A stretch of 64,000 bases of DNA, taken from positions 62,872 through 126,871 of the forward strand of contig JBGSVP010000001.1 in the NCBI GenBank assembly GCA_041752875.1, read 5' to 3'. Origin of the DNA: Candidatus Altimarinota bacterium. Its GTDB lineage: Bacteria; Patescibacteriota; Gracilibacteria; UBA1369. Below the pieces are notes generated by a model. It ran no database searches and was not told the DNA's origin. It saw only the letters and a list, made by a program, of their open reading frames with translations. Both the position numbers and the translations under genes were made by a program. Position 1 is the stretch's first letter. Every line of letters begins with the position of its first letter. Shown here in pieces: positions 1 to 10,207 of this stretch.

Positions 1-881
1 ATACTCAAAGCTAGAGGTTGCCTTGAAACAAAAGAAAAATCTGTCATGTAGACACCTCCGTCCATAACGTAATAAACAATTTTATCAAAGCCCAAAACAT
101 AATTATCAACGCCGGAAAAAACCTTATAAAATGACATATCCGGTTTAGTTTCTTGACCCGTCAAATTATCAAACGGAAATGCATACAAATCCGAATCTTT
201 TTTGAAAAAAAGATTCTTTCCACCATCATCCATTCTAAAATCATATCCTTTCGATGGTAAAGAAAAAGCTACAGACTTTCTTTCTGAAGCACTAAATAAA
301 CTTAATTCGTTTCCCCCTGATTCGAGCATAAAACGATTATTTCCCAGTCCGATAACATCAGATATACCTTCTGCGGATATTAACAATTCATCATCGCGAA
401 AAGAACCGTCGTAATACATAGAAAACGACCGGATAAGATTACTTCCTTTTTCATAGGCTAATATAAGGTCACCGCTAATATCAAGATTAGATTTTAAATC
501 AAAATCTTTTATGAACTTCATGTATGATTCGATTCTATCCGGCACTAAAAGTATATCGTTCACAATAGTTACAAGATCCGCCTCAACTTTAATATTTCTC
601 TGCCAGTACCTGAATCCGTTTTTTGCGACACTTAAGAGATAATTACCCGGCTCCACCCCTTTTATCTGATAAGGGAGAAAATTAGATACTATCTTTCCCG
701 AAAGAAAAACCTTCGATTCACTTATACTACCAAGTAAATCGATGATACTGGTTTTTTTCACATCCTGCTTATGGACATCATATTGATAGCCATAAGCATA
801 AAACAGAGCCGACAAAGAAACAGCCGCAAAACATAAAAGCGTCAATAGCTTAAGTATGAAACTGCCCAGCTTTTTGTACAT
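1..881 (-). CDS. hypothetical membrane-anchored protein, C-terminally truncated by the window edge (absent from the supplied ORF track)
   Basis: Checked by hand: plus-strand triplets in register 3-5 through 879-881 contain no tta/cta/tca. The minus frame is therefore open for 293 codons, from ATG (cat at 879-881) to the window edge. N-terminus MYKKLGSFILKLLTLLCFAAVSLSALFYAYGY looks like a signal peptide or anchor helix. The segment GVEPGNYLLSVAKNGFRYWQRNIKVEADLVTIVNDILLVP resembles a PEGA / carboxypeptidase-regulatory-like beta-sandwich motif. The start lies 1 nt after the greA stop codon. Confidence 0.6.
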   Translation of the reverse strand, partial: MYKKLGSFILKLLTLLCFAAVSLSALFYAYGYQYDVHKQDVKKTSIIDLLGSISESKVFLSGKIVSNFLPYQIKGVEPGNYLLSVAKNGFRYWQRNIKVEADLVTIVNDILLVPDRIESYMKFIKDFDLKSNLDISGDLILAYEKGSNLIRSFSMYYDGSFRDDELLISAEGISDVIGLGNNRFMLESGGNELSLFSASERKSVAFSLPSKGYDFRMDDGGKNLFFKKDSDLYAFPFDNLTGQETKPDMSFYKVFSGVDNYVLGFDKIVYYVMDGGVYMTDFSFVSRQPLALS

Positions 882-882
882 C

Positions 883-1386
883 TTACTCTAAATTCAGGAT
901 TTCGTATTCCAACACTTTGCCAGGCACTTCAACCTTGACGATATCTCCTTTTTTTCTTTCCAGAAGAGCCGCGCCTACCGGAGACTCATTAGAAATCTTG
1001 TGAGCCAACGGGTCAGCCTCGGTGGATCCGACAATTACATATTCTTCCTCCTCCGCATCCTTCTCGTTAAGATTTTTAATCAATACGGAAGTTCCCAGCT
1101 GTACCGTTGCCTGATCTCCCTTTTCCTCTATTATACGGGCATATTTTACCTTGTTTTCGAACTCGGCTATGCGTCCTTCCACAAAAGCCTGTTCGTTCTT
1201 TGCCTCTTCGTACTCGGAGTTTTCCGAAAGATCTCCATAAGATATTGCTTCCTTCAGTCTTTCAGCAACTTCCCTTCTTTTGGTATTTCTAAGGAAATCG
1301 AGTTCTTCCTTTAACTTTGCCAAGCCTTCCTTGGTGATAAACGTCATCTTGCTTTCGTCCATTGCCGGAGAAGTTTGATCTGCCAT
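883..1386 (-). CDS. greA: transcription elongation factor GreA
   Basis: 167 aa. The N-terminal coiled-coil signature LKEELDFL...RREVAERLKEAISYGDLSENSEYEEAK and the C-terminal SNESPVGAALLERKKGDIV are typical of the GreA/GreB family. Confidence 0.95.
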   Translation of the reverse strand: MADQTSPAMDESKMTFITKEGLAKLKEELDFLRNTKRREVAERLKEAISYGDLSENSEYEEAKNEQAFVEGRIAEFENKVKYARIIEEKGDQATVQLGTSVLIKNLNEKDAEEEEYVIVGSTEADPLAHKISNESPVGAALLERKKGDIVKVEVPGKVLEYEILNLE

Positions 1387-1434
1387 ATGAATAGTTCTTT
1401 TAAAGATTAGTTGATAGACATTGAAATAGATTCA

Positions 1435-2571
1435 TCATTGAGGACGAATCTTCACGCTTGTAGGATGCTCCTTCATTTTCTGCAACACCTTCGCCTCAAT
1501 CTGACGGATACGTTCCCGTGTAACTCCAAATTGTTGGCCTACTTCTTCGAGAGTATGACCGACTCCGTCGATAAGACCGAATCTCATTTCTATGATTTTT
1601 CTTTCACGCGGATTCAGGTACTGCAACATCTCATGGATATTCTCCTTGATTAACTGCCTGTTCGTAGCCTCCAACGGAGACTGCGCATCATCATCCTCGA
1701 TGAAATCACCTAACTTACTGTCCTCCTCCGTACCGACGGGAGCTTCCAAAGACACTATATCCTGGGAAATCTTCAGTATATGACGAACCTTCTTCTCATC
1801 CATGTCCATTTCGGCAGCCAATTCCTCTACAAGAGGTTCACGTCCTAGTTCCTGTACCAGGCGACGCTGGGCATGTGTCAGTTTATTTATGGTTTCGACC
1901 ATATGTACCGGTATTCGGATTGTCCTTGCCTGATCGGCAATCGCCCGTGTTATAGCCTGCCTTATCCACCAAGTGGCATATGTGGAAAACTTGAATCCCC
2001 TGTCCGCATCGAACTTTTCAACAGCTCTGAAAAGACCAATATTACCCTCCTGAATCAAATCCAAAAAAGAAAGTCCGCGTCCAATATATTTTTTCGCGAT
2101 ACTTACCACCAAGCGGAGGTTAGCTTCAGCCAGTTGTTTTTTTGCCTGCTGATCCCCTTTTTTGATACGGCGGGCCAAATCTATCTCTTCTCTTGCCGTA
2201 AGCAGGGACACTTTACCGATTTCACACAAATAAAGACGAATGGAATCATTCGCAATCTCTCTCAATTCAACCTGGGGAGCTACTTTCTTAATCTTCTCTT
2301 CCAACAAAACCGTTTCCTCTTCAGGTTCATCGGCTTTCCAGGTCAGGCTCTCCTTCGTATCTATCACCTCTATGCCCAAATCAAGGAACAAGCCATATAT
2401 CTCATCCAAAAGAAGAAGGTCGTCCTCTATGTTAGGCAAAGCCTTCAGCAACTCCTGATGAGTTACGAAACCGTGTTCATGCCCCTTTTTGACAAGTTCT
2501 TTTACAGCCGGCGGATACTGATTCAACTTGTCATCGGAAGGCTGGGTAATGAATTTTCTAGTTTGCGCCAT
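1435..2571 (-). CDS. rpoD: RNA polymerase primary sigma factor (sigma-70 family)
   Basis: Region 2 motif [54 protein letters not shown]. Region 4 motif [24 protein letters not shown]. Overlaps the 3' end of dnaG, as in the classical dnaG-rpoD arrangement. Confidence 0.95.
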   Translation of the reverse strand: MAQTRKFITQPSDDKLNQYPPAVKELVKKGHEHGFVTHQELLKALPNIEDDLLLLDEIYGLFLDLGIEVIDTKESLTWKADEPEEETVLLEEKIKKVAPQVELREIANDSIRLYLCEIGKVSLLTAREEIDLARRIKKGDQQAKKQLAEANLRLVVSIAKKYIGRGLSFLDLIQEGNIGLFRAVEKFDADRGFKFSTYATWWIRQAITRAIADQARTIRIPVHMVETINKLTHAQRRLVQELGREPLVEELAAEMDMDEKKVRHILKISQDIVSLEAPVGTEEDSKLGDFIEDDDAQSPLEATNRQLIKENIHEMLQYLNPRERKIIEMRFGLIDGVGHTLEEVGQQFGVTRERIRQIEAKVLQKMKEHPTSVKIRPQ

Positions 2572-4360
2572 AGTTGGAAAATAAACTGGTTAACTCCTGC
2601 AATAGTTTTTCGCTTAGAGCCTTATCGCCTTCGCGTTCGGCACTTAAGATTTTCTTATGCAATTCCCGTTTTCTCGTATTCAACAGACTTTCCTTTATAG
2701 AGCCTATCAATCCGGACATCTCCTTCTCCACGGATTCCTCCGCGACCTCATTGTATTTCTCTTCTATATACAACGAAAGGAGCTTCACATCTTCCTTTTT
2801 GTCATATGGCAACGATTCAATGGCACTTTTAAAATCGCCCGAGCCGCCGCCATTATAATGATTGACTAATAGGTTGTAAATAGGTTGTAGATTTACAGTA
2901 AACATATCTCCTGTCATTTTTTCGACATACAATCTACCCAATCGCTCAAACTCGATACATAAGCCAAGGAACAACTCTTCCGCCGAAAGTTTTTTGACAC
3001 CGATGCTCTTTTGCGGATTAGCCAACGCTCCATGCTGTCTGGCGGGATGATTAGCCGGAAGCCTGAAATTCCTCACTTCATCATATACCTGGACTTCCGT
3101 CAAACCAAGATCCGTCGACATCCTTCTGATAAACTCATCCTTTTCAACATTACTCTTAAGATTCATAAAAAACGGAAGGAACTCTTCAACAATCTTCTTT
3201 TTCGCACTATATCCGTCCGTGCCATAATCCTTTACTAATTTACCATATAGATATTCACCGTAAGGAAGAGATGACTTTATTACCGAATCAAGTTCACTTG
3301 CCCTGCTCTTTGCAAAATCAGCCGCATCCTTCCCTTCAGGCAAAACAGTAACCTTTATGGTAAAATCATATTCTTTAGCAAGCTCGTAAGCCCTCTTGGC
3401 CGCCTCACGTCCAGCCAGATCCATATCGAAAGCAAGATACAAGGTCTTCGCAAACGGATTAACCAACCTTAACTGCGTAACAGTCAAAGCTGTTCCCGAA
3501 GAAGCCACCACATTCTTCACCCCGGCCTGAACCATAGCTATCAAGTCCATATACCCCTCCACCACGACAACTTCACCCATCTGCTTGATATATTGCCGCG
3601 CATGACTATAACCATACATAATATTACCTTTATGGTAGATAGGTGTTTCCGGAGAATTGAGATACTTGGGTTCCTGGTCTTTCTTTAAAGCCCTTCCGCC
3701 AAAAGCGACCACCCTCCCTAGACTATCGGATATCGGGAACATAAGCCTCCCGCGAAACCTGTCGTAAATCTTTTCTACCGTAGTCTCCTGTGTCAGTGCT
3801 ACCCCTGCGATAATCAAATCTTTTTTGCTATAACCTTTTTTCAAAAGCCAGGTATAGGTCTCATCAAAAGAGTCCGGCGAAAACCCCAACCTGAAAGAAC
3901 GTATGCTTTCATCGCTTATCCCCCTGTTGCGAAGATATTCCAAGACTTTCGCCCCCTCGTCCGTATTCAACAGTTTATCCTCATAAAAAGCGGTTAATTG
4001 TTCATATATATCTATCAACAGCTCCTTCTGGCCTTTGGGAACAGCCTTTTCATGAACATGGCTTTCCAGCTTAACACCAGTTCTATCCGCTAAAATCTTT
4101 AAGGCATCGGCAAAATCGACACCTTCTACTTCCTGAATGAAAGCAAACACATCACCGCCCTTGTTACAGCCAAAACAATAGGCTATTTGCCTATCCGGAC
4201 TCACTATGAAACTGGGTGACTTTTCCTGATGAAAAGGACATAATCCCTTAAAGCTTCTGCCTACCTTCTTTAACTGGACATACTGTCCGACCAACTCTTC
4301 TATTGACAGTTTAGCCTTTATCTCGTCGACGGCACTATTCATTGGAACATTAAAATGCAC
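2558..4360 (-). CDS. dnaG: DNA primase DnaG
   Basis: Zinc-ribbon motif [35 protein letters not shown], followed by a Toprim segment ([13 protein letters not shown] ... [13 protein letters not shown]). 600 aa. Confidence 0.95.
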   Translation of the reverse strand: MHFNVPMNSAVDEIKAKLSIEELVGQYVQLKKVGRSFKGLCPFHQEKSPSFIVSPDRQIAYCFGCNKGGDVFAFIQEVEGVDFADALKILADRTGVKLESHVHEKAVPKGQKELLIDIYEQLTAFYEDKLLNTDEGAKVLEYLRNRGISDESIRSFRLGFSPDSFDETYTWLLKKGYSKKDLIIAGVALTQETTVEKIYDRFRGRLMFPISDSLGRVVAFGGRALKKDQEPKYLNSPETPIYHKGNIMYGYSHARQYIKQMGEVVVVEGYMDLIAMVQAGVKNVVASSGTALTVTQLRLVNPFAKTLYLAFDMDLAGREAAKRAYELAKEYDFTIKVTVLPEGKDAADFAKSRASELDSVIKSSLPYGEYLYGKLVKDYGTDGYSAKKKIVEEFLPFFMNLKSNVEKDEFIRRMSTDLGLTEVQVYDEVRNFRLPANHPARQHGALANPQKSIGVKKLSAEELFLGLCIEFERLGRLYVEKMTGDMFTVNLQPIYNLLVNHYNGGGSGDFKSAIESLPYDKKEDVKLLSLYIEEKYNEVAEESVEKEMSGLIGSIKESLLNTRKRELHKKILSAEREGDKALSEKLLQELTSLFSNYGAN

Positions 4361-4396
4361 CTCTTTATATACTTAAAAGCCGTAAAAAGGCAATAC

Positions 4397-5458
4397 TCAA
4401 ATCCTTTTCTTCTTTCCCATATACACGGCAACTCCACCTATTATTATCATCACAAAAAACATAACCGCGATAGCATAAACTTTCTGTACAGTATTCAGAA
4501 AGACAGCGGCTATCCCGAATACCGCGCAAAGACTGTATATCATAAAAAGAGTTTCCCTAGTCGTAAATCCGACTTCCAAAAGACGATGGTGAAGATGCTT
4601 CAGGTCGCCTTTCATAGGCGATTGCCTGTGTACTATACGCCGGATTATCACCCAAAAAGCATCCAATATCGGAAAACCCATTACCAACACTGCCGTAGCC
4701 ACCTTCCCGCCTGAAAATATAGCCAGAGTAGCTAAAAGAAAACCCAACAACATACTTCCGGTATCTCCCATCAATATCTTGGCGGGATAAAAATCGAAAA
4801 TCCAAAACGCAAGCGAGCATCCAAAAAGTATTATGCTCATGATAGCCACCGGCATTTGGGCTTCCTCACTGAAATGTATACCCGGCCTTATGCTTAGCAT
4901 AAAAAGAGCAAAAGCTGCTATTACAGCAACCCCGCTTGGCAACCCGTTCAATCCGTCCAAAAAATTCATCGTATTAACCATTGTTACGACCCAGACTACG
5001 GTAAAGATCGTCCCCAAAACAGAAACGACTCCCAATAATCCCAGATTCACTTTCCAATCGTCCAAAGACAGAGCCAACCCGAAAGGATTTGAAATCGACT
5101 GTATTCCCACTCCGAAAAACACCAGAACCAAAGCGGCCATAACCTGCACAACCAATCGCAACCATGGATTCAAGCCATAAAGGTCATCCAGAAAACTGAT
5201 TCCACAAATCATTAAAGCCCCTATCAGTAAGCCAGCCAGATGAAAATTCAGAGTAACGAATATCAACGAAGATATAACAAACGCAATAAAAATAGTCAGT
5301 CCTCCGTAATAAGGAATAGCTTTGCGCTTTAATCCATACTTCAACGGACGGTCCATGAGTCCCCACTTGGGAAAAAACCTTAACGCTCCAATTACAAGAA
5401 TTAGCGTAAAGAAGAACGCGAACACCCCGGGAACTATATAATGATAGATATCTGCCAT
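4397..5458 (-). CDS. glycosyltransferase family 4 polyprenyl-phosphate sugar-1-phosphate transferase (WecA/TagO/MraY family)
   Basis: Polytopic membrane protein with the motifs FLDDLYGL, NTMNFLDGLNGL, MGDTGS and C-terminal DLKHLHHRLL. I recall these from WecA-type UDP-GlcNAc:undecaprenyl-P transferases. Confidence 0.85.
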   Translation of the reverse strand: MADIYHYIVPGVFAFFFTLILVIGALRFFPKWGLMDRPLKYGLKRKAIPYYGGLTIFIAFVISSLIFVTLNFHLAGLLIGALMICGISFLDDLYGLNPWLRLVVQVMAALVLVFFGVGIQSISNPFGLALSLDDWKVNLGLLGVVSVLGTIFTVVWVVTMVNTMNFLDGLNGLPSGVAVIAAFALFMLSIRPGIHFSEEAQMPVAIMSIILFGCSLAFWIFDFYPAKILMGDTGSMLLGFLLATLAIFSGGKVATAVLVMGFPILDAFWVIIRRIVHRQSPMKGDLKHLHHRLLEVGFTTRETLFMIYSLCAVFGIAAVFLNTVQKVYAIAVMFFVMIIIGGVAVYMGKKKRI

Positions 5459-5459
5459 A

Positions 5460-6137
5460 CTATAAAGATTTGATTAGATTATTCCCGACATTATCAAAAT
5501 TAAGGTCATCGAGCCTGATTGCTTCTTCAACCGATAAATTTCCCACCTTTAATCTCCGCAACTCTTTAACATATCCGCCGCATCCCAAAAGCCCACCCAA
5601 ATCATGAGCCAGTGTCCGTACATAGGTACCGCTCCCGCAATGGATACGCAAAACCAATAAAGGCCATGAATATGAAACAACTCCGACTTCATGAAAAATC
5701 ACTTTGCGCGGCTCAAGCTTTACCTCTTTATTCTGCCTGGCAAGAGCATAGGCGCGTTTTCCGCCGACCTTAATAGCACTAAAAGCCGGAGGCACCTGCA
5801 TCTTTTCACCGGTAAAATGAGATTCGATCAACTCTTTTATCCGATGAATGTCTATTTCCTCCACATTTTCGACATTCTTAACATTACCGTCGGCATCATA
5901 CGTATCGGAAACCTTACCAAACTCTATCTCCACTTCATAAACCTTATCCAGTTTGGACAATTGACCGAGTTCCCGTGTGCAAACGCGCCCCACAGCCAAG
6001 ACCATCAGTCCTGTAGCCAATGGGTCCAAAGTCCCCGCAAAACCTATCCTTCGTTCACCGGTAAGCCTGCGTAAAACCGATACACAATGGAATGAAGTCC
6101 TTCCTTTAGGTTTGTCGATTAATAAAAAACCCTGCAT
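5460..6137 (-). CDS. truB: tRNA pseudouridine(55) synthase TruB
   Basis: Catalytic motif GFAGTLDPLATGLMVLAVG plus the TruB-type fold GSGTYVRTLAHDLG. 225 aa. Confidence 0.9.
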   Translation of the reverse strand: MQGFLLIDKPKGRTSFHCVSVLRRLTGERRIGFAGTLDPLATGLMVLAVGRVCTRELGQLSKLDKVYEVEIEFGKVSDTYDADGNVKNVENVEEIDIHRIKELIESHFTGEKMQVPPAFSAIKVGGKRAYALARQNKEVKLEPRKVIFHEVGVVSYSWPLLVLRIHCGSGTYVRTLAHDLGGLLGCGGYVKELRRLKVGNLSVEEAIRLDDLNFDNVGNNLIKSL

Positions 6138-6145
6138 GATGAATA

Positions 6146-7450
6146 TTAGATTTCAACTCTGATTTCTCTGCTAAGAAGTCTCCTTACCTCCTTACGGTCA
6201 TCCCATGGAACGGCTTTGCCACCGATCATCTGTATTTCCTCCGCACCTTTCCCCGCTATCACGACCGTATCTCCTTTTCGGGCCTTACTCAAGGCCAGTT
6301 CTATCGCCGACTCCCTGTCCGGAATTTTCCAGAAATTTTCGCCTTCCTTTCTTTTTATACCTTTACTTATATCTTCTATTATTCCCCACTCGTCCTCCTC
6401 ATAAGGATCGTCGTCCGTCAAAATAAGATAATCGGCATACTTGTCGGCTGCAGCACCCATCTTGGCCCTTTTGCCCTTATCACGGCCACCGCCGGTCGCG
6501 CCAAAAACCGCGATAAGTTTTCCTTTCGTAAGTCCTTTATATAAGGAAAGCAGATTACTCAACGATTCATGTGTATGGGCGTAATCAACTATAATATCGT
6601 AATCCTGCCCGCAATCTATCTTTTCATACCTGCCGGGAATCGACGAAGCGTTTTCCAGTGCTTCCTTGATGACTTTAACATTAATATTGTTGGCCAAAGC
6701 CACGGATGCCGCGGCAAGCGCATTACATACGTTGAATTCGCCGGGAAGATTAAGATTTACTTCAATCTGATTATTGGGAACGCGCAATGTAAAAGTTGAG
6801 CCACCCGGCTTCAAAACAACATCAGCGGCATAACAATCTCCTTTATTTAAGCCGTAAGTAAATTTCCGGTCGGCAAGGAACTGGTCAAAATAATCAAAAT
6901 TTACATCATCTCTATTAAGGATTGAAACCTTGGAAATACGAGGTTTACGCGCAGAACGATTAAGCCTGTCGAACAAAAGCCCCTTCGCTCTCAAATAGTT
7001 ACCCATCCCGCCATGATAATCCAAATGATCTTCTCCTATATTAGTGAACACGGCCGTATCGAAATTTATCCCCCATATACGGTTTTGCAATATGGCATGC
7101 GACGAGACCTCCAATACAGCATACGTACAACCCTCATCGACCATGGAACGCAACATCTTCTGCAAGAAAAAAGGGCTTAATGTCGTCATCTTCGTGGTAT
7201 TTACCCACTTCGCGTTTCCCACCCTGAAATTAATCGTTGAAGTCATCCCAACCTTATAACCGGCCTCCATAAGGACTCCCGCAATCAGATTGGTCGTAGT
7301 GGTCTTACCTTTCGTCCCCGTAACCCCCACCACATGCAGATAGCGCGAAGGAAAACGATAAATGACACAGGCAATTACAGCCTTCATCTTATGATATAGG
7401 AGCCTTAAAGGATGCGTCGGAGAAAACCTTTCCTTTATGAATTTCAGCAT
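6146..7450 (-). CDS. murE: Mur ligase, UDP-N-acetylmuramoyl-tripeptide synthetase (MurE-like)
   Basis: ATP-binding loop VGVTGTKGKTTTT, DYAHTHESL, and C-terminal LTDDDPYEEDE in place of the canonical TSDNPR. Domain order is that of the Mur ligase family. Confidence 0.8.
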   Translation of the reverse strand: MLKFIKERFSPTHPLRLLYHKMKAVIACVIYRFPSRYLHVVGVTGTKGKTTTTNLIAGVLMEAGYKVGMTSTINFRVGNAKWVNTTKMTTLSPFFLQKMLRSMVDEGCTYAVLEVSSHAILQNRIWGINFDTAVFTNIGEDHLDYHGGMGNYLRAKGLLFDRLNRSARKPRISKVSILNRDDVNFDYFDQFLADRKFTYGLNKGDCYAADVVLKPGGSTFTLRVPNNQIEVNLNLPGEFNVCNALAAASVALANNINVKVIKEALENASSIPGRYEKIDCGQDYDIIVDYAHTHESLSNLLSLYKGLTKGKLIAVFGATGGGRDKGKRAKMGAAADKYADYLILTDDDPYEEDEWGIIEDISKGIKRKEGENFWKIPDRESAIELALSKARKGDTVVIAGKGAEEIQMIGGKAVPWDDRKEVRRLLSREIRVEI

Positions 7451-7464
7451 ATTCTATTGGTAAT

Positions 7465-8946
7465 CTATTTTTTAGGCTTGATTTTGGTTTCATGATCCGG
7501 AACAAGAATTATAACCGCGACCATCCAAAACAACAAAGAAAGGTCTGCCTTGAAATAAGGAGTATCGAACAAACCGTGTATCAGTATCACCATCAAAAGA
7601 GCAAAACCAATCATTCTAACCTTTCCCTCCTCATGACACTTTTGGGTAGAAAAACACTTAATCCAGACAAAACATTCCCTAAGACAATAATAAAGTATCC
7701 ACAAAAAAGACACAAAACCTACAACACCAAGATTAAGCCAGACTGCGAGATACAGATTATGGGGATGTAACATGTTCAATTCATAAGGAACATGGCCAAT
7801 AACGCCCATCGCCCCCAGCTGATAACTTACGGGAAACTGCCCCAGGCCAATTCCCCAAAACCAATTTTTCACCCATAACGAAAAGGCCACAGTATATACC
7901 TCGACACGCACACTGGAAGAATTACGCGAATTAAAATCGAACATCTTCTGCCACTTAACCGGATCCAGAAGATAGACGAACAGAATTGCAACGGCAATAA
8001 TAGCGGCCACAATGAATATACGTCTCCAAAAATCACCATGCCTATACTTCTCCTTTATACATCTCCTATATTCAATCCCCAGATAAAACAAAGAAGAAAG
8101 CGATACCGCCAACATCGCCGCATAAGATTTCGTAAACAGTAAAGCCACCGAAAGGACTGCGAAGCCGATGAAATATAAAAAAGTAACACACTTACCTTCA
8201 ATCAAATTATCTTTATCGAAACGAAAAAGACAAAAGAATGAATTTACGATGGTATTACCCATGCAAGACAAAGATTCCTTTAACCTTAAAAAGGAATAGA
8301 CAACGGACGGAGCTATATACAAAGCCAGATAATTGGCAGACTCAAAAGGGCCTGAAACACGCTGATCGGGAGTAAGATATTTCCCCGTAATCGCCTGATA
8401 AAGAGCAAAAAAGGACAAAATTACTGCCGATACGGTATATATATCCAATATTTTCAGTATATCCTTGCCGTTTTTCAACACATGCAAATAAAGGATGAAC
8501 ATAATCATGGGAGCTATAATCCATCCCTTAAATATTCCTAGCGCCAGTCTGCGACCATAAAACAAATTGACCCCGTCAATCATATAGGTCTTATCCGGTG
8601 CGATAAATACGGAAATCAACGCGCACACAACAATCAACAGAATCGGAATCATGTATTTCCAGGGAAAAACTTGTTTAACATGCTTGTCCAATAAAACAGT
8701 CAGCTTATCTACAAGAACCTTCTTCCTGCTCTTTATGACATTCGAATAGAGCTCAATAACCACAAAAGCCATCAAACAAACATAAATAAGACATTCCACC
8801 AGAGTAAAAGGCACCCCAATGAATTCGGCTTTCCAAAGATAAAGGGGGAAAAACAAAGGCAGAAACATAACCGCCCGCCTAAGACAGAACAAGGCAAAAA
8901 CAAAATACGCCAGTACTACACCGCAAAACATGATGGTAAGAAACAT
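7465..8946 (-). CDS. O-antigen ligase / Wzy_C-family polytopic membrane protein
   Basis: More than 10 predicted TM helices and the segment LNMLHPHNLYLAVWLNLGVVGF, typical of O-antigen ligase-like (Wzy_C) proteins. Sits next to murE and the WecA-like gene. Confidence 0.7.
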   Translation of the reverse strand: MFLTIMFCGVVLAYFVFALFCLRRAVMFLPLFFPLYLWKAEFIGVPFTLVECLIYVCLMAFVVIELYSNVIKSRKKVLVDKLTVLLDKHVKQVFPWKYMIPILLIVVCALISVFIAPDKTYMIDGVNLFYGRRLALGIFKGWIIAPMIMFILYLHVLKNGKDILKILDIYTVSAVILSFFALYQAITGKYLTPDQRVSGPFESANYLALYIAPSVVYSFLRLKESLSCMGNTIVNSFFCLFRFDKDNLIEGKCVTFLYFIGFAVLSVALLFTKSYAAMLAVSLSSLFYLGIEYRRCIKEKYRHGDFWRRIFIVAAIIAVAILFVYLLDPVKWQKMFDFNSRNSSSVRVEVYTVAFSLWVKNWFWGIGLGQFPVSYQLGAMGVIGHVPYELNMLHPHNLYLAVWLNLGVVGFVSFLWILYYCLRECFVWIKCFSTQKCHEEGKVRMIGFALLMVILIHGLFDTPYFKADLSLLFWMVAVIILVPDHETKIKPKK

Positions 8947-8977
8947 AGCAAAATCAGGTTATATGTGAACCTGGACT

Positions 8978-9544
8978 TCAGGCAGTAAGGTTAAGCAGTC
9001 CGAAAGTGCCGTCTTCACGCCTGTAGACCACGTTAAAATTATTGTTATCCGAATTCACGAAAGCGTAAAACCCGTGACCAAGCAGTTCAAGCTGTTCTAT
9101 CGCCTCTTCTTCGTGCATCAGAGACGCTTTAAATGTCTTTCTCTTTACGATAGGCGAAGTCTCCACTCCGACGTCCTGGGTTGAAGAGATTTCCTCCAGT
9201 GTAGAGGCCGGGATCCATTTTCCACCCATATCACGGCGGTTTCTTTTCGATTTGTATCTTTCCAACTGTTTTTTCAGCTTATCGACAGCCAAATCCATAC
9301 CTTCCTCCACAGTAGTCGCATAAACTTCCGCGCGGACCACCGCATGAGGCACGAACATGGTTACTTCCACGGTTATATTCTTATTGGAAGTCTTATTGGA
9401 ATTTACCTCTACATCTACCCTGACCTGCGTAGACTCATCATCAACCCGTTCCCCAAGAGTCCCCAGATTTTCAATCTTTCCGTTTATATAATCCTTCTGA
9501 AAATCGTTTAGGCTCAAATTCTTTTCCACAATCGTGACTTGCAT
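8978..9544 (-). CDS. hpf: ribosome hibernation promoting factor (long HPF/RaiA type)
   Basis: 188 aa. The N-terminal sigma-54-modulation/S30EA fold pattern is present (MQVTIVEKNLSL...DYINGKIENL...VRVDVEV...VTMFVPHAVVRAEV). The C-terminal dimerisation extension is also present (LMHEEEAIEQLELLGHGFYAFVN). Confidence 0.9.
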   Translation of the reverse strand: MQVTIVEKNLSLNDFQKDYINGKIENLGTLGERVDDESTQVRVDVEVNSNKTSNKNITVEVTMFVPHAVVRAEVYATTVEEGMDLAVDKLKKQLERYKSKRNRRDMGGKWIPASTLEEISSTQDVGVETSPIVKRKTFKASLMHEEEAIEQLELLGHGFYAFVNSDNNNFNVVYRREDGTFGLLNLTA

Positions 9545-9576
9545 ATGAAAAACTTAAAGAAATTAAATGCGAAAGC

Positions 9577-9604
9577 ATTATAACAGTTTGGATTTTATAT
9601 TCAA
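9577..9604 (-). promoter_or_regulatory. predicted sigma-70 promoter of hpf and the downstream minus-strand gene string
   Basis: Minus strand reads TTGAAT, a 16-nt spacer, then TGtTATAAT (extended -10). The -10 ends about 33 nt upstream of the hpf ATG at 9544. Confidence 0.5.
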
Positions 9605-9649
9605 CTTGGTAGAGATGGCTTATATAAAAGATAGCCTATTGCACCTCGT

Positions 9650-9678
9650 TTGACGATTACCGCGATTTTTGCTATAAT
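9650..9678 (+). promoter_or_regulatory. predicted consensus sigma-70 promoter of the giant-protein module
   Basis: TTGACG (9650-9655), 17-nt spacer, TGcTATAAT (TG at 9670-9671, TATAAT at 9673-9678). This is 31 nt upstream of the ATG at 9710. Confidence 0.6.
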
Positions 9679-9709
9679 TTATCGATAAAAAATATAACCT
9701 AAAAAGACA

Positions 9710-10177
9710 ATGCCATTGGAAACGAAAAACAAACCGGAAGAAAACGCCAAAGCGATACCTTTGCCGAAAGACACAGAAATAGAGTTCAGCGGCGATTTGG
9801 ATAAAGATTTGGATAAAATCACAAGACTTTCATTCAAAAAAGAAGCCTATGAAGAGATACACGAAGATTTCATAAATAGCCTCAAAAAATCGATTGGCAT
9901 AATGGCCGGAGACAAAACTCCAAAAGAAATATGGGAATACCTGCAAAAAGCGGGATGCCAAAAAATTAAATTGGAAAAAGGCGCAATGAGCTACTACGAC
10001 GAAAAAGGGAAAGAGATGAAAACAAATTACAGGGAAAACAGAGAAGAAGTAAAAAGAGACAACACAAAAGCCCGCATGGACCTGATAGCGCAATTCAATT
10101 TCCCGAAGCCGAACTTTCCGAGGGCCCAGGCGGGAGATGAGGCATCAAGTAAGGAAACCGTAAACAAAGAGGCCTAA
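9710..10177 (+). CDS. hypothetical 155-aa protein, stand-alone copy of the N-terminal module of the downstream giant protein
   Basis: Long ORF directly downstream of the consensus promoter. It shares the motif IWEYLQKAGCQKIKLEKGAMSYY with the next two genes. Lys/Glu-rich, with no signal peptide. Confidence 0.7.
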   Translation: MPLETKNKPEENAKAIPLPKDTEIEFSGDLDKDLDKITRLSFKKEAYEEIHEDFINSLKKSIGIMAGDKTPKEIWEYLQKAGCQKIKLEKGAMSYYDEKGKEMKTNYRENREEVKRDNTKARMDLIAQFNFPKPNFPRAQAGDEASSKETVNKEA

Positions 10178-10207
10178 CAACAAACAAAAAATTTAATTTA
10201 AAACGAT

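Noticed and set aside
202-414. 70-aa plus-strand ORF, the only ORF the track lists in the first 880 nt.
   Set aside because: It sits inside a 293-codon open minus-strand frame that has a plausible start, a signal or anchor helix, and tight coupling to greA. The short ORF is most likely a shadow.
1873-2700. 275-aa plus-strand ORF antisense to rpoD and dnaG. Similar long antisense ORFs occur at 42501-43103, 46659-47306, 48628-49443, 56956-57546 and 57685-58503.
   Set aside because: All lie entirely within very well supported conserved genes (rpoD, frr/pyrH, groEL, rny, copA) on the opposite strand. Their translations are low-complexity or hydrophobic with no motif. They are typical shadow ORFs in a stop-poor antisense frame.
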